Source: a virus (taxonomy: Duplodnaviria; Heunggongvirae; Uroviricota; Caudoviricetes). From it: a stretch of 64,000 nt of DNA. The DNA is taken from the IMG/VR virus record IMGVR_UViG_3300033143_002040, positions 35,712-99,711 of that record. One strand, given 5' to 3'. The notes beneath the pieces are model-generated. The model was not told where the DNA came from and made no database searches. It saw only the letters and a list, made by a program, of their open reading frames with translations. The translations under genes and the position numbers were made by a program. Numbering within the stretch: position 1 is the stretch's first letter; the number at the start of each line of letters is the position of its first letter. Positions 10,172 to 18,939 of the stretch are shown in pieces.

Positions 10172-10578
10172 AAGAACAAAGATTTATTTTCGTAACGTTT
10201 CAGAAAGAAGGCATACATTCTTATCCTGACGCCCCTGAGGGTGTAGAGTTTCTACGCCACCCTCATCGACACATATTTCATTTTCGTGTAGACATTGAGG
10301 TGTGGAATGATGATCGAGAGATTGAATTTATTTTATTCAAACGTGAACTTGAAGATCAATACAAGAAAGAAGTAGTTGGTCTCTCATCAGTACTTCAATT
10401 AAACAGCAAGAGTTGTGAAATGCTTGCAGATGATCTAGCAGAATACATACAAGATGCATACCCTGGCCGTGATCTTAAGATCGAAGTAAGCGAGGATGGC
10501 GAGAATGGTGCAGTCGGTTATTATCCTGCAGACCGTGAACAAGTACCAATTCTTTATCAACAAAGAGATATGTTCTAA
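10168..10578 (+). CDS. QueD-like / 6-pyruvoyl-tetrahydropterin synthase (T-fold) family protein
   Basis: HPHRHIFHFRVDIEV resembles the QueD HGHSFxVxLEI region; size 136 aa; the canonical CxxxHGH Cys is absent. Confidence 0.45.
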   Translation: MKEQRFIFVTFQKEGIHSYPDAPEGVEFLRHPHRHIFHFRVDIEVWNDDREIEFILFKRELEDQYKKEVVGLSSVLQLNSKSCEMLADDLAEYIQDAYPGRDLKIEVSEDGENGAVGYYPADREQVPILYQQRDMF

Positions 10579-10997
10579 TGACAAGTAAAGATGCTCCTGC
10601 TATGCATTCACTAGACTTAGAAGAAAAGATTACACGTATGCTTTCTGACAAGATGAACGAAGAAACTGACAGAGCTATAATGCAAACTTATGGCCAACCT
10701 AACAACGAATTTATATTACCTGAATCAGTAGAGTATGATAGATTGCGGGAAACGGAACAGAGAAAATTTAAGGACGCAATTATGCAAGATTGGCAGCAAC
10801 TAAGAAAACGAGATCCTGACGAGCAATTCCGCAGACAGACAAACAAAGATATTGCAGAGATTAAAGACTCAATACGCAAGATCGGAATTCTGTTTGGTGA
10901 AGACGCACCGAGCGAAGAACAAATGAAAAAACACAAGATGCTTAAAGATGCGTATAACAAGTACAAAATGATTGAGGCATTAGTATTAGAAAAATAA
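10578..10997 (+). CDS. hypothetical coiled-coil protein (C-terminal YNKYKMIEAL motif shared with 12584 and 12822 ORFs)
   Basis: tiled ORF. Confidence 0.45.
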   Translation: MTSKDAPAMHSLDLEEKITRMLSDKMNEETDRAIMQTYGQPNNEFILPESVEYDRLRETEQRKFKDAIMQDWQQLRKRDPDEQFRRQTNKDIAEIKDSIRKIGILFGEDAPSEEQMKKHKMLKDAYNKYKMIEALVLEK

Positions 10998-10998
10998 A

Positions 10999-11205
10999 AT
11001 GACAAACGGTTTCTTCATAGACGAATTACATAGGGTACATAACGTAAATGTAGTCGGTGCAAACCCTAACACTGACGCAGGATGGTACGACATTGATCGC
11101 GGTTCATATATAGAAACTGTCGTAACTCACAAAGACAATTTATTCTTAAATGAAGAAGTAGCCAAAAAAGAATCATTTTTACGACTACTGAAGGACAAAA
11201 GATAA
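10999..11205 (+). CDS. hypothetical protein (68 aa)
   Basis: tiled ORF. Confidence 0.4.
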   Translation: MTNGFFIDELHRVHNVNVVGANPNTDAGWYDIDRGSYIETVVTHKDNLFLNEEVAKKESFLRLLKDKR

Positions 11206-11208
11206 TAG

Positions 11209-11463
11209 ATGGCATTCGAAAATATAAAACAACAGAAAGTTTGGTGTATTCATTTTTGGGGCATGACACTAGAGGAAGGCCTGTTAATGGGCAAAGAAGG
11301 TGATGGATTTTATGTGCGTTTAGATGGTGCTGCAATAAATGACATCGAAATAATTAATGCTGATAATGTATTCTTTGAGAAAGAGGCAGGAGAAAGAGCA
11401 TTATTTAAAGCTAACTTAGCTGGTGATAAAAGGCCAGCAAATAAAGATATTAGAGACTTATAA
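11209..11463 (+). CDS. hypothetical protein (84 aa)
   Basis: tiled ORF. Confidence 0.4.
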   Translation: MAFENIKQQKVWCIHFWGMTLEEGLLMGKEGDGFYVRLDGAAINDIEIINADNVFFEKEAGERALFKANLAGDKRPANKDIRDL

Positions 11464-12584
11464 TGAAAATTTATATCATAGACCTTGAATCCGTTCCGAC
11501 ACGCTATACGTGTCAATGGAAAGAGCATATTCCAACTCTGCTGAAAAATGCAGCGACCTTGAGGAATAGGGCTGACGTAGAGATAGTAAATATCTCTGGA
11601 GGAGAAGCAGAGTTGAAAGCGACGCCTGGAGCTTTCTTAAACTTTGCGCAGACAAATGTGTATAAGAACAACCAACTAACACAAGTGTCTGAATTATTTT
11701 CTGAGGGCGAGGTCAATCCAGGCGACCAATTTATATTCACAGACGCATGGCATCCTGGGATTATGCAACTCAAATATATGAGTGAGTTGCTACAGATTCC
11801 CGTTGTGATACACGCACTGTGGCATGCAGGAAGCTATGACCCGCAAGACTTCTTAGGCAGACTTATCAAAGACAAACGCTGGACAAACAACTTTGAGAAA
11901 GCAGTCTTTCATGCAGTAGATTACAATTGGTTTGCAACTGACTTTCACATTGATATGTTCCGACGTAATTGTTTCCGCGAACCCTATCAAGGTTACTTCG
12001 CAGAACTTGATCCGCACGAAATCGAAACAAAGTATTGTCGCACAGGTTGGCCGATGGAATACATGGCTGACACGTTAGCTCCATATGCTAATCTAGAAAA
12101 GCGTGACTTGATTCTGTTCCCGCATCGTGTAGCACCAGAGAAGCAAGTAAGGATTTTCAACGAATTAGCAGAAGCACTTCCGCAGTATGAATGGGTTGTG
12201 TGTCAAGACAAAGAACTAACTAAGCATGAGTTTCATACATTGCTTGGTGAAGCTAAGATGGTCTTTAGCGCAAACTTGCAAGAAACGCTAGGCATTTCTA
12301 CTTGTATTGAGGGACCGCTAGTAGGTGCGCTACCGTGTGCTCCGAATCGCTTAAGCTACACAGAAATCTTTGCAGGACACGAAGAATTTTTATATCCAGA
12401 TGAATGGACTAGGAGTTACGATAAGTTCGACGCAAACAGAAAGAACTTAGTTGATCGCATAGAAGATATGATGCAGAACTATGATGCAGCAAAGGCACAT
12501 TTGTATTCTTACAACCAAAACCAGATTCCGAAGTTCTTTGGGTTCGATGCAGCGATAGAAGTTATCTTCAAGGAAGATGACTAA
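11463..12584 (+). CDS. hypothetical protein (373 aa); weak resemblance to GT-B glycosyltransferases such as T4 beta-glucosyltransferase (MKIxII ... IFTD)
   Basis: N-term MKIYIIDL and QFIFTDAWHP versus T4 beta-gt MKIAIINM and YYLFTDIRLP; resemblance only. Confidence 0.5.
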   Translation: MKIYIIDLESVPTRYTCQWKEHIPTLLKNAATLRNRADVEIVNISGGEAELKATPGAFLNFAQTNVYKNNQLTQVSELFSEGEVNPGDQFIFTDAWHPGIMQLKYMSELLQIPVVIHALWHAGSYDPQDFLGRLIKDKRWTNNFEKAVFHAVDYNWFATDFHIDMFRRNCFREPYQGYFAELDPHEIETKYCRTGWPMEYMADTLAPYANLEKRDLILFPHRVAPEKQVRIFNELAEALPQYEWVVCQDKELTKHEFHTLLGEAKMVFSANLQETLGISTCIEGPLVGALPCAPNRLSYTEIFAGHEEFLYPDEWTRSYDKFDANRKNLVDRIEDMMQNYDAAKAHLYSYNQNQIPKFFGFDAAIEVIFKEDD

Positions 12585-12841
12585 TGAGTTACGGTGGAGG
12601 TAGTCCTGGCGGACGCAAAAACATTACTGTCGCTGAATGGCAGGAGATCAGCATATCTCCAGAACTCATGGAAAGGATCGACAGGATGGAACGCAATCTA
12701 GATGTTGTAATGGAACGTCTAACTGTGCTTGATAAACCTAATCCTGAAAAGTTAGCGAAGTTCAAACAACTAAAAGTAGTGTATGAAAAGTACAAATTTC
12801 TAGAGAAACTTTGCGGGGAAGATGATGATGGATGTAGATGA
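12584..12841 (+). CDS. small coiled-coil protein (paralog A)
   Basis: ...FKQLKVVYEKYKFLEKL... Confidence 0.45.
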   Translation: MSYGGGSPGGRKNITVAEWQEISISPELMERIDRMERNLDVVMERLTVLDKPNPEKLAKFKQLKVVYEKYKFLEKLCGEDDDGCR

Positions 12842-13109
12842 CCTCATAGAAGAAATCGGAAATGTAAACGATGAGGTGATGAATCTTGAGCGACGTATTG
12901 ATACACTAGATCGTACATTCATTAAATGTACAAACGATATATTAGAAGCACTAAAGTTGCAAACTGATATGATTGCAGAACTTGGCGAGTTGGTAGCACT
13001 CAGCAAATCGCCAACAGAAGCCGACTTAAAGAAATATGCTGCGATACGTGAAGCGTTTGATCGGTACGATTTTGTGCGCAAACTTACATTAGGAAAGGAC
13101 ACTGAATAA
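12822..13109 (+). CDS. small coiled-coil protein (paralog B)
   Basis: ...LKKYAAIREAFDRYDFVRKL... Confidence 0.45.
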   Translation: MMMDVDDLIEEIGNVNDEVMNLERRIDTLDRTFIKCTNDILEALKLQTDMIAELGELVALSKSPTEADLKKYAAIREAFDRYDFVRKLTLGKDTE

Positions 13110-13447
13110 TGAAACTAGGTATAGAACCAAAAACGTGCCCCACTCATGTAATTAAGATTTACATTGCTGGTGACAGAAATCTTGCTAGACAAGTACTCCA
13201 AGAGTATGTTATGCGTGGTGCGTGTGTTAGCATTTCAGAAGAAGAATATATCTACACAATGGGTAATGAAACAGGAATCGTAGTAAACTTAATCAATTAC
13301 CCGCGCTTTCCTAAGACAGAAGAAATATTACTAGAGCAAGCATTAGAATTAGCAAACGAGCTACTTGTAAAGCTTTTTCAAGGATCTTGTACTGTAGTAG
13401 ATTACAATGGAGAATCATTCTTCATTAGTAGAAGAAAAGACGATTAA
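13109..13447 (+). CDS. hypothetical protein (112 aa)
   Basis: tiled ORF. Confidence 0.45.
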   Translation: MKLGIEPKTCPTHVIKIYIAGDRNLARQVLQEYVMRGACVSISEEEYIYTMGNETGIVVNLINYPRFPKTEEILLEQALELANELLVKLFQGSCTVVDYNGESFFISRRKDD

Positions 13448-13467
13448 AAATCTATAGGAGAAATAAA

Positions 13468-13800
13468 ATGGAAGAATTTGTAGCAGGGTTGACAATCGGA
13501 GGATTGTTAATAGAGAACTTAATTATTTTTGTGGCGGGCGCAATAGCATTGCTCGGATACAAGATTAAACGTATGCTAGGTAGCAACGGCTGGGATAAGA
13601 GCAACATGACAAATGCTTTGCGCTTAGAGAGCCACGAAACAATGCACCCAGAAGATTTTGGACGCATGTATTATTTGACACATGCGCAAATGGATTTGCT
13701 TCGTAACAACGGACACGATCCAGACATGCCTTTCGGATATATCAGTTTAGACGAACTCTCAGAAGTTGTAAAGACTCGACCAACAGAAGATCATGTTTAA
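13468..13800 (+). CDS. hypothetical protein with N-terminal transmembrane helix
   Basis: LTIGGLLIENLIIFVAGAIALLGY; RBS AGGAGA. Confidence 0.45.
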   Translation: MEEFVAGLTIGGLLIENLIIFVAGAIALLGYKIKRMLGSNGWDKSNMTNALRLESHETMHPEDFGRMYYLTHAQMDLLRNNGHDPDMPFGYISLDELSEVVKTRPTEDHV

Positions 13801-14218
13801 TAGAATAAGAAATTATTTTCTGAATCGTCGTGTTAAGAAAAAGACGAATTCTACTATCAGGTTATTACAAACAGCGGCGCCGCCATCACCTACTGTTATG
13901 ATTTTTGATGATGCGCAATCAAATACGTTAACGTTTACAAATAACAATGGCGTAAAGATTTTCTCAATTGAACCAAATGGAGAAGCAGTTTGGCACAAGG
14001 AAGATGTATATAACGAAGCTGCCTCTATATTTCTCCAGTGCGTTACTATGAACATTGAGGATAAAGCAGGTATTGCGCAAAATCGCATGGAATGGGAGGA
14101 ACGCATAACTGTGAAACTCGCTAGACAAGCGGAAATAGCTCCACTTGGGCCTGAGGAGTTGACAGATGTTATTCGAAAGTGTATAATGTATGATAAGCTG
14201 AAGGGTACAAAAAACTAA
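13793..14218 (+). CDS. hypothetical protein (141 aa)
   Basis: tiled ORF. Confidence 0.45.
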   Translation: MFNRIRNYFLNRRVKKKTNSTIRLLQTAAPPSPTVMIFDDAQSNTLTFTNNNGVKIFSIEPNGEAVWHKEDVYNEAASIFLQCVTMNIEDKAGIAQNRMEWEERITVKLARQAEIAPLGPEELTDVIRKCIMYDKLKGTKN

Positions 14219-14219
14219 A

Positions 14220-14432
14220 ATGGCAGTAAAATACTATAGAATAATTGCAATTGATTATGTCGAAGACTGTAAGTGTGACTCAGCCGAAGAAAAGAATGCT
14301 TGGATGGTTTTAGAAGATAAAGTAAACGCATTCCTTGTATCTGAAATAGAGCAAGATCGAATATGGAATCTCAGTGGAGATATTATTTCTGCTAACTATG
14401 GACTTGCACAAGTACTAGTTACGGAAAAGTAG
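14220..14432 (+). CDS. hypothetical protein (70 aa)
   Basis: tiled ORF. Confidence 0.4.
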   Translation: MAVKYYRIIAIDYVEDCKCDSAEEKNAWMVLEDKVNAFLVSEIEQDRIWNLSGDIISANYGLAQVLVTEK

Positions 14433-14436
14433 CATA

Positions 14437-15351
14437 ATGAGCAATAAATATAAATACAGCGAAATATTTACTTCGATTCAAGGCGAAGGAACCTACTGTG
14501 GAACACCGACAGTTTGGCTTCGTTGGTTCTTATGTAATTTACAATGCAGCGGCTTTGGTCAGAAAATACCAGAAGAACGCAGTACACATATTTTACCATA
14601 TAAAGAATTCGACGTTAGCACTGTAAAGCGTATCGAAGATTTACCTGTTTGGGATTATGGTTGTGATTCTAGCTATAGCTGGGCGCGGAAATTCAAAGAT
14701 TTATGTCCTGCGCATACAGCAAGACAACTTGCACAGAAACTAGAAAACGAATTACGCAAGTTTGACAACAATCCTGACGGAAAATTCTTGCTAAATAATG
14801 AGCGCGAGCTAAAAGATGTACATTTTTGTATGACAGGTGGTGAGCCGATGCTTGAACGTACACAAGTAGGGCAAGTCGAGTTACTGCATGCGTTAGCAGA
14901 TAATGTGAACTTACCAAGATTTATTACAGTAGAGACAAACGGAACACAGACGCTAACAGATGAATTAGCAAAAACAATCTCGTCATACGTAGCAAGCGGC
15001 GGAGAATGGTTTTGGTCGTGTTCGCCTAAGCTATTATATACAAGTGGTGAGAAGCCAACTAAGGCAATTAAGCCTGCTGTAGTCAAAACGTATCAAGACG
15101 TTAGTGCGTTTGGACAACTAAAGTTTGTTGTAAGCAACAGACCAGAAGCATGGGATGAACTTGAAGAACGAGTTGAAGATTTTAGGAATGCAGGGATTGA
15201 GTGGCCTGTTTGGATAATGCCCGTTGGCGCGACAGTCGAATCACAACAAGACGAGGATGCTATTGCAATAATTGAGGAAACTATTCGTAGAGGTTATCAC
15301 GTTGCTACGAGAGTACATTGTTACATTTGGGGCAATCAGATAGGAACATAA
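14437..15351 (+). CDS. queE: QueE-like 7-carboxy-7-deazaguanine synthase (radical SAM)
   Basis: FTSIQGEGTYCGTPTVWLRWFLCNLQC matches the QueE signature; FCMTGGEPM SAM-binding motif; Cys spacing is atypical (CNLQC ... distant C). Confidence 0.65.
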   Translation: MSNKYKYSEIFTSIQGEGTYCGTPTVWLRWFLCNLQCSGFGQKIPEERSTHILPYKEFDVSTVKRIEDLPVWDYGCDSSYSWARKFKDLCPAHTARQLAQKLENELRKFDNNPDGKFLLNNERELKDVHFCMTGGEPMLERTQVGQVELLHALADNVNLPRFITVETNGTQTLTDELAKTISSYVASGGEWFWSCSPKLLYTSGEKPTKAIKPAVVKTYQDVSAFGQLKFVVSNRPEAWDELEERVEDFRNAGIEWPVWIMPVGATVESQQDEDAIAIIEETIRRGYHVATRVHCYIWGNQIGT

Positions 15352-15542
15352 TGAATCCTTATTCGCAAGATAGAAAGAAATGTATTAGACAATATGAAAC
15401 TTGGCGAAAAGGCGCTATGGACAAATGGAATGAACATCGTGTTTGGGTATATAACGACGGATCAGCAGTAGCAAGTGTTATACGAGGTCCGTTTTCTGAG
15501 AAAGAGTATTTTAAATTATTACTAGAAGGTACAGTACAATGA
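15351..15542 (+). CDS. small KEYFKKKLxG-family protein
   Basis: ...FSEKEYFKLLLEGTVQ; internal start MNPYSQ abuts the queE stop. Confidence 0.45.
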   Translation: MNPYSQDRKKCIRQYETWRKGAMDKWNEHRVWVYNDGSAVASVIRGPFSEKEYFKLLLEGTVQ

Positions 15543-15805
15543 AGAAAGATACGGAACAGAAATTATTGATGGAACAGCCAATTCGTTATGAACGTGATGG
15601 AAATAAACTCACTAAGATCAATGAAGGGTGGGTAACTGAGGACAAAGAAATTTTTACACGATTACTTCGTAAAGAAACATTCCATTATATAGACGGAGTG
15701 GAACAAAAGGAGACTGACGTTGTAATTGAAACGCTTGAAACGCTCAAAGGCACGATGTACATGAAGCGTAAGCTTAGAGGCAAACTATTCGATGATGTTC
15801 AGTGA
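15539..15805 (+). CDS. hypothetical protein (88 aa), loose KEYFKKKLxG-family C-terminus
   Basis: ...MYMKRKLRGKLFDDVQ. Confidence 0.4.
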   Translation: MKKDTEQKLLMEQPIRYERDGNKLTKINEGWVTEDKEIFTRLLRKETFHYIDGVEQKETDVVIETLETLKGTMYMKRKLRGKLFDDVQ

Positions 15806-15823
15806 TAACGAGCTAGCAATAAT

Positions 15824-16150
15824 TTGGTTCGCGTTATTAATGGAACAACAAGAACAGAAAGAAGGAACGCCTCGCTGGTGGAAGTATGCGCGTATGGTTC
15901 GAAAAATAGAGGACGCATTAGGGGCAACAAAGCGGCCATTGTTAAAGGTAGTAAAGACAAAATGAATGACGATGATTGGGAAAATAAAACTATCCTTCAT
16001 GGCGGCGGTGAGTGGCTTAAAGAGAAAGATGGCCTGTACACTAAGTATATGAATATTCATTACAAGGATGGCAGAGTAGATAGACACATAATGGAGTCTG
16101 GAGTAACAGAAAAAGAATACTTCAAGAAAAAATTAGATGGATCCGACTGA
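15824..16150 (+). CDS. KEYFKKKLxG-family protein
   Basis: ...GVTEKEYFKKKLDGSD; true start may be a downstream Met. Confidence 0.5.
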   Translation: MVRVINGTTRTERRNASLVEVCAYGSKNRGRIRGNKAAIVKGSKDKMNDDDWENKTILHGGGEWLKEKDGLYTKYMNIHYKDGRVDRHIMESGVTEKEYFKKKLDGSD

Positions 16151-16349
16151 ACGTTGGCTGAAACGTAGATGCAGGGCAGATGAAAAACTTGTTTGTTGGG
16201 CAACGTTGCGTATAATAACTCGAGGTGAAACATATTACGAGTATCAGATGAACGGAACGAAGATGAATAATATCATCATAAATGAAAAAGAATATTTTAA
16301 GCAAGCCCTATTAGGGTTTAAGGGATTTAAATTTTATGACAAAAATTAA
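16137..16349 (+). CDS. KEYFKKKLxG-family protein
   Basis: ...INEKEYFKQALLGFKG. Confidence 0.45.
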   Translation: MDPTERWLKRRCRADEKLVCWATLRIITRGETYYEYQMNGTKMNNIIINEKEYFKQALLGFKGFKFYDKN

Positions 16350-16926
16350 AAGAATTTTACCTTTCGGTTGGTTTCCAGGACACTGGGGTCTAACAGGAAA
16401 AGTACGTGAAAGAGCAGAAGCAGAATACACACTCATTGGCGAAAGTCTCGACAAGAAAAATATCGAGATTAATCTTGGTGATCGAACTGATGAGGAAGTT
16501 GCAGTAGCATTACTTGAACACGAAGTAAAATACGGTAGGCTAACTCAGAAAGAACTTGACAAGCAAAGTGCAACTATTAAAAATGAACCTTGGGTGGATG
16601 TTAAGAATCTAGAAACAGATCCTGATAATCCTCGCTATGGCGGCGTTGAACTTGACTGGAATCAAGCATTCATTGACCACTTAGAGAAACATGGCTACGG
16701 TCCAAATCCAGATGATGAAGACACAGTTAATGATTGGTTCAACGATCTATGCAGAAACATTGCGTTAGATGCATATGATGGTGTTGGGGACTTTCAGGAA
16801 CGAGTAGAGGATACTTCTCAGGTAGCTCGTCGTACAAACATACACGAAGACGCCATTCCTATAAATATTGCTCCGCCGATTGATGGTGCAGAAAGTATAG
16901 AAGATATTGCAGACGATGATCTATAA
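16336..16926 (+). CDS. hypothetical acidic protein (196 aa)
   Basis: tiled ORF. Confidence 0.5.
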   Translation: MTKIKRILPFGWFPGHWGLTGKVRERAEAEYTLIGESLDKKNIEINLGDRTDEEVAVALLEHEVKYGRLTQKELDKQSATIKNEPWVDVKNLETDPDNPRYGGVELDWNQAFIDHLEKHGYGPNPDDEDTVNDWFNDLCRNIALDAYDGVGDFQERVEDTSQVARRTNIHEDAIPINIAPPIDGAESIEDIADDDL

Positions 16927-17993
16927 TGAGTGATAAACAAAAATATATCTTAGTAGATGCAATGAACATGTTTCACAGAGCGAAGCATGTAGTCCATCGC
17001 GGCGACATTGACACCCGCATAGGTATGGCGCTACACATCATGTTTAATAGCCTACGCAAAGGCTGGCGTGACTTGGGCGGGCATCACGTTGTCTACTGTC
17101 TGGAAGGACGTAGCTGGCGCAAGGATGAATACAAAGAATACAAAGCCAATCGTGTAGTTGCACAACTTAAGAAATCACAAAGAGAGCGCGAAGATGATGA
17201 ATTATTCTTTGAGGCGTTCAATGAACTGAATAAATTTATACAAGAGAAAACCAATTCCACAGTATTACAATGTCCTGTGGGAGAAGCAGATGATCTAATT
17301 GCAACATGGATTGATTTGCATCCTGAAAACGATCACATTATTATTAGTTCGGATTCAGATTTTGTACAACTGCTAGCACCTAATGTTGAGATTTATAACG
17401 GCATCACTGATGTCCGTTTTACAGATCAAGCAGCGTATGATGCAAAAGGACGCAAGTTAGAGTTAGCAGTTAAGAGTGACGGGAAACTCAAGGTAGGCAA
17501 GCCTGACGGATTTTTTCAAATGGATCAGGATGACTGGAACGAGTATGCCATGTTTCTGAAGTGCATACGCGGCGATAAAAGTGATAACATTTTTCCTGCG
17601 TTTCCCGGTGCTCGCATCAAAGGAAGTAAAAACAAAACAGGTATATTGGAAGCTTGGGAAGATCGAAATGACGGCGGATATAACTGGAATAACTTTATGC
17701 AGCAAAGCTGGACAGATGTAGACGGCAACACGCATACAGTTAAAGATAGATATGAGGTCAATCGTAAACTAATTGATCTACACAGACAGCCTGATGATAT
17801 AAAAGAAATGCTTGTGCAATCTATTCTCGATCACATAGATGCGCCGCGCAAGCAAGGTGTTGGCATACATTTCTTGAAGTTTTGTTCAATGTGGGACTTA
17901 GATAAGATCGTAAGATATCCTGACGAATACGCAGGAATGCTTAACTCTACATACAACGATCATTTAAAAGAAATCGCAAAGGAAATAGCGTAA
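16926..17993 (+). CDS. rnh: T4 RNase H-type 5'-3' exonuclease / flap endonuclease
   Basis: GEADDLIA vs T4 EADDHIA; ISSDSDFVQL vs ISSDGDFTQL; CIRGDKSDNI vs ILKGDKKDNV. Confidence 0.9.
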   Translation: MSDKQKYILVDAMNMFHRAKHVVHRGDIDTRIGMALHIMFNSLRKGWRDLGGHHVVYCLEGRSWRKDEYKEYKANRVVAQLKKSQREREDDELFFEAFNELNKFIQEKTNSTVLQCPVGEADDLIATWIDLHPENDHIIISSDSDFVQLLAPNVEIYNGITDVRFTDQAAYDAKGRKLELAVKSDGKLKVGKPDGFFQMDQDDWNEYAMFLKCIRGDKSDNIFPAFPGARIKGSKNKTGILEAWEDRNDGGYNWNNFMQQSWTDVDGNTHTVKDRYEVNRKLIDLHRQPDDIKEMLVQSILDHIDAPRKQGVGIHFLKFCSMWDLDKIVRYPDEYAGMLNSTYNDHLKEIAKEIA

Positions 17994-18208
17994 TGGCGCA
18001 TCATTCAGGAACTATTGAGATTGTCAAAATAACTGATTGGCATAAATGGTTCTCTATATTTAGTAAAATAGATATGCACGGTAAAAAAATAAGAGGATTT
18101 ATGTATCGTCATCATGCGCAAGCATGGGATTGTGGTCACACAATAAACATTTATTCTTATGTGACGCAAAAGGATATGTTCAAACTAAAATTAAAAGGAA
18201 GAGCATGA
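17993..18208 (+). CDS. small KEYFKKKLxG-family protein
   Basis: ...QKDMFKLKLKGRA. Confidence 0.45.
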   Translation: MAHHSGTIEIVKITDWHKWFSIFSKIDMHGKKIRGFMYRHHAQAWDCGHTINIYSYVTQKDMFKLKLKGRA

Positions 18209-18699
18209 TTATACAATTAAAAGAAATCACAGACAGTAGTTGGTTAGTAATGACGGAAAAAGAACAAGAAAAAATCGGATTACTAAGCACAAACAAATCG
18301 GGAAAATATCTTCTACTCACAAACGACGGCAAGGTGCAATTTGCAAATGATGAAGAGGTAAAGGATTTCTTTGAGGAAGATGTCTTTAATAATATAGTTG
18401 TAACGAAGCTAGCTGAGGAGAAAGACTTTTTTATTAAAGGATTTCCAGTAGACTTCGATCATCCGTTTGAAGCTGATACAGAAGATGTAATTTCTACTCT
18501 TCCGCTATATACCAAAACAAAAAACAGTAAAGTCTTTCATTGTGCAGGTTACTATTGTGTTAAATTCCCAAAAGGATGGATTCATTCTTTCTCACCTAAG
18601 CTATCAACTCTGCTAAAATATGAATATGTAGGTCCCCTTAAGACTGAAATGGAAATGAAGTCGAATTTAAGCATATTGAAGAAGAACAAAAATAAATGA
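18205..18699 (+). CDS. hypothetical protein (164 aa; internal start MIIQLK)
   Basis: ORF 18124..18699 overlaps upstream; ATGA-coupled internal start. Confidence 0.45.
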   Translation: MIIQLKEITDSSWLVMTEKEQEKIGLLSTNKSGKYLLLTNDGKVQFANDEEVKDFFEEDVFNNIVVTKLAEEKDFFIKGFPVDFDHPFEADTEDVISTLPLYTKTKNSKVFHCAGYYCVKFPKGWIHSFSPKLSTLLKYEYVGPLKTEMEMKSNLSILKKNKNK

Positions 18700-18725
18700 T
18701 AAATAGTAAGTAGGACACATATATT

Positions 18726-18926
18726 ATGGCAGACGAAATAAAAAACTTTCGTTTAAAAATACGCAATACAGCTAGTCTCAAACGGAGAGAATTATCATTT
18801 GGTTTGGCAGAAGCGCAGCTTCTAGATACCGAAATAGTTGCTCTTGAAGCACATATAGAAAAATTAGAACTGGAGCTCCTACAGACAAAAACAATGTCCA
18901 TTGATATTGTGGGACGTGATTTTTAA
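18726..18926 (+). CDS. hypothetical coiled-coil protein (66 aa)
   Basis: ORF. Confidence 0.35.
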   Translation: MADEIKNFRLKIRNTASLKRRELSFGLAEAQLLDTEIVALEAHIEKLELELLQTKTMSIDIVGRDF

Positions 18927-18939
18927 ATGTGGAGTTTTA

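Noticed and set aside
14445-14460. T4-type late promoter TATAAATA at 14449
   Set aside because: Occurs inside the queE coding start (Asn-Lys-Tyr-Lys-Tyr codons) and is probably coincidental. No convincing TATAAATA was found upstream of the minus-strand structural genes.
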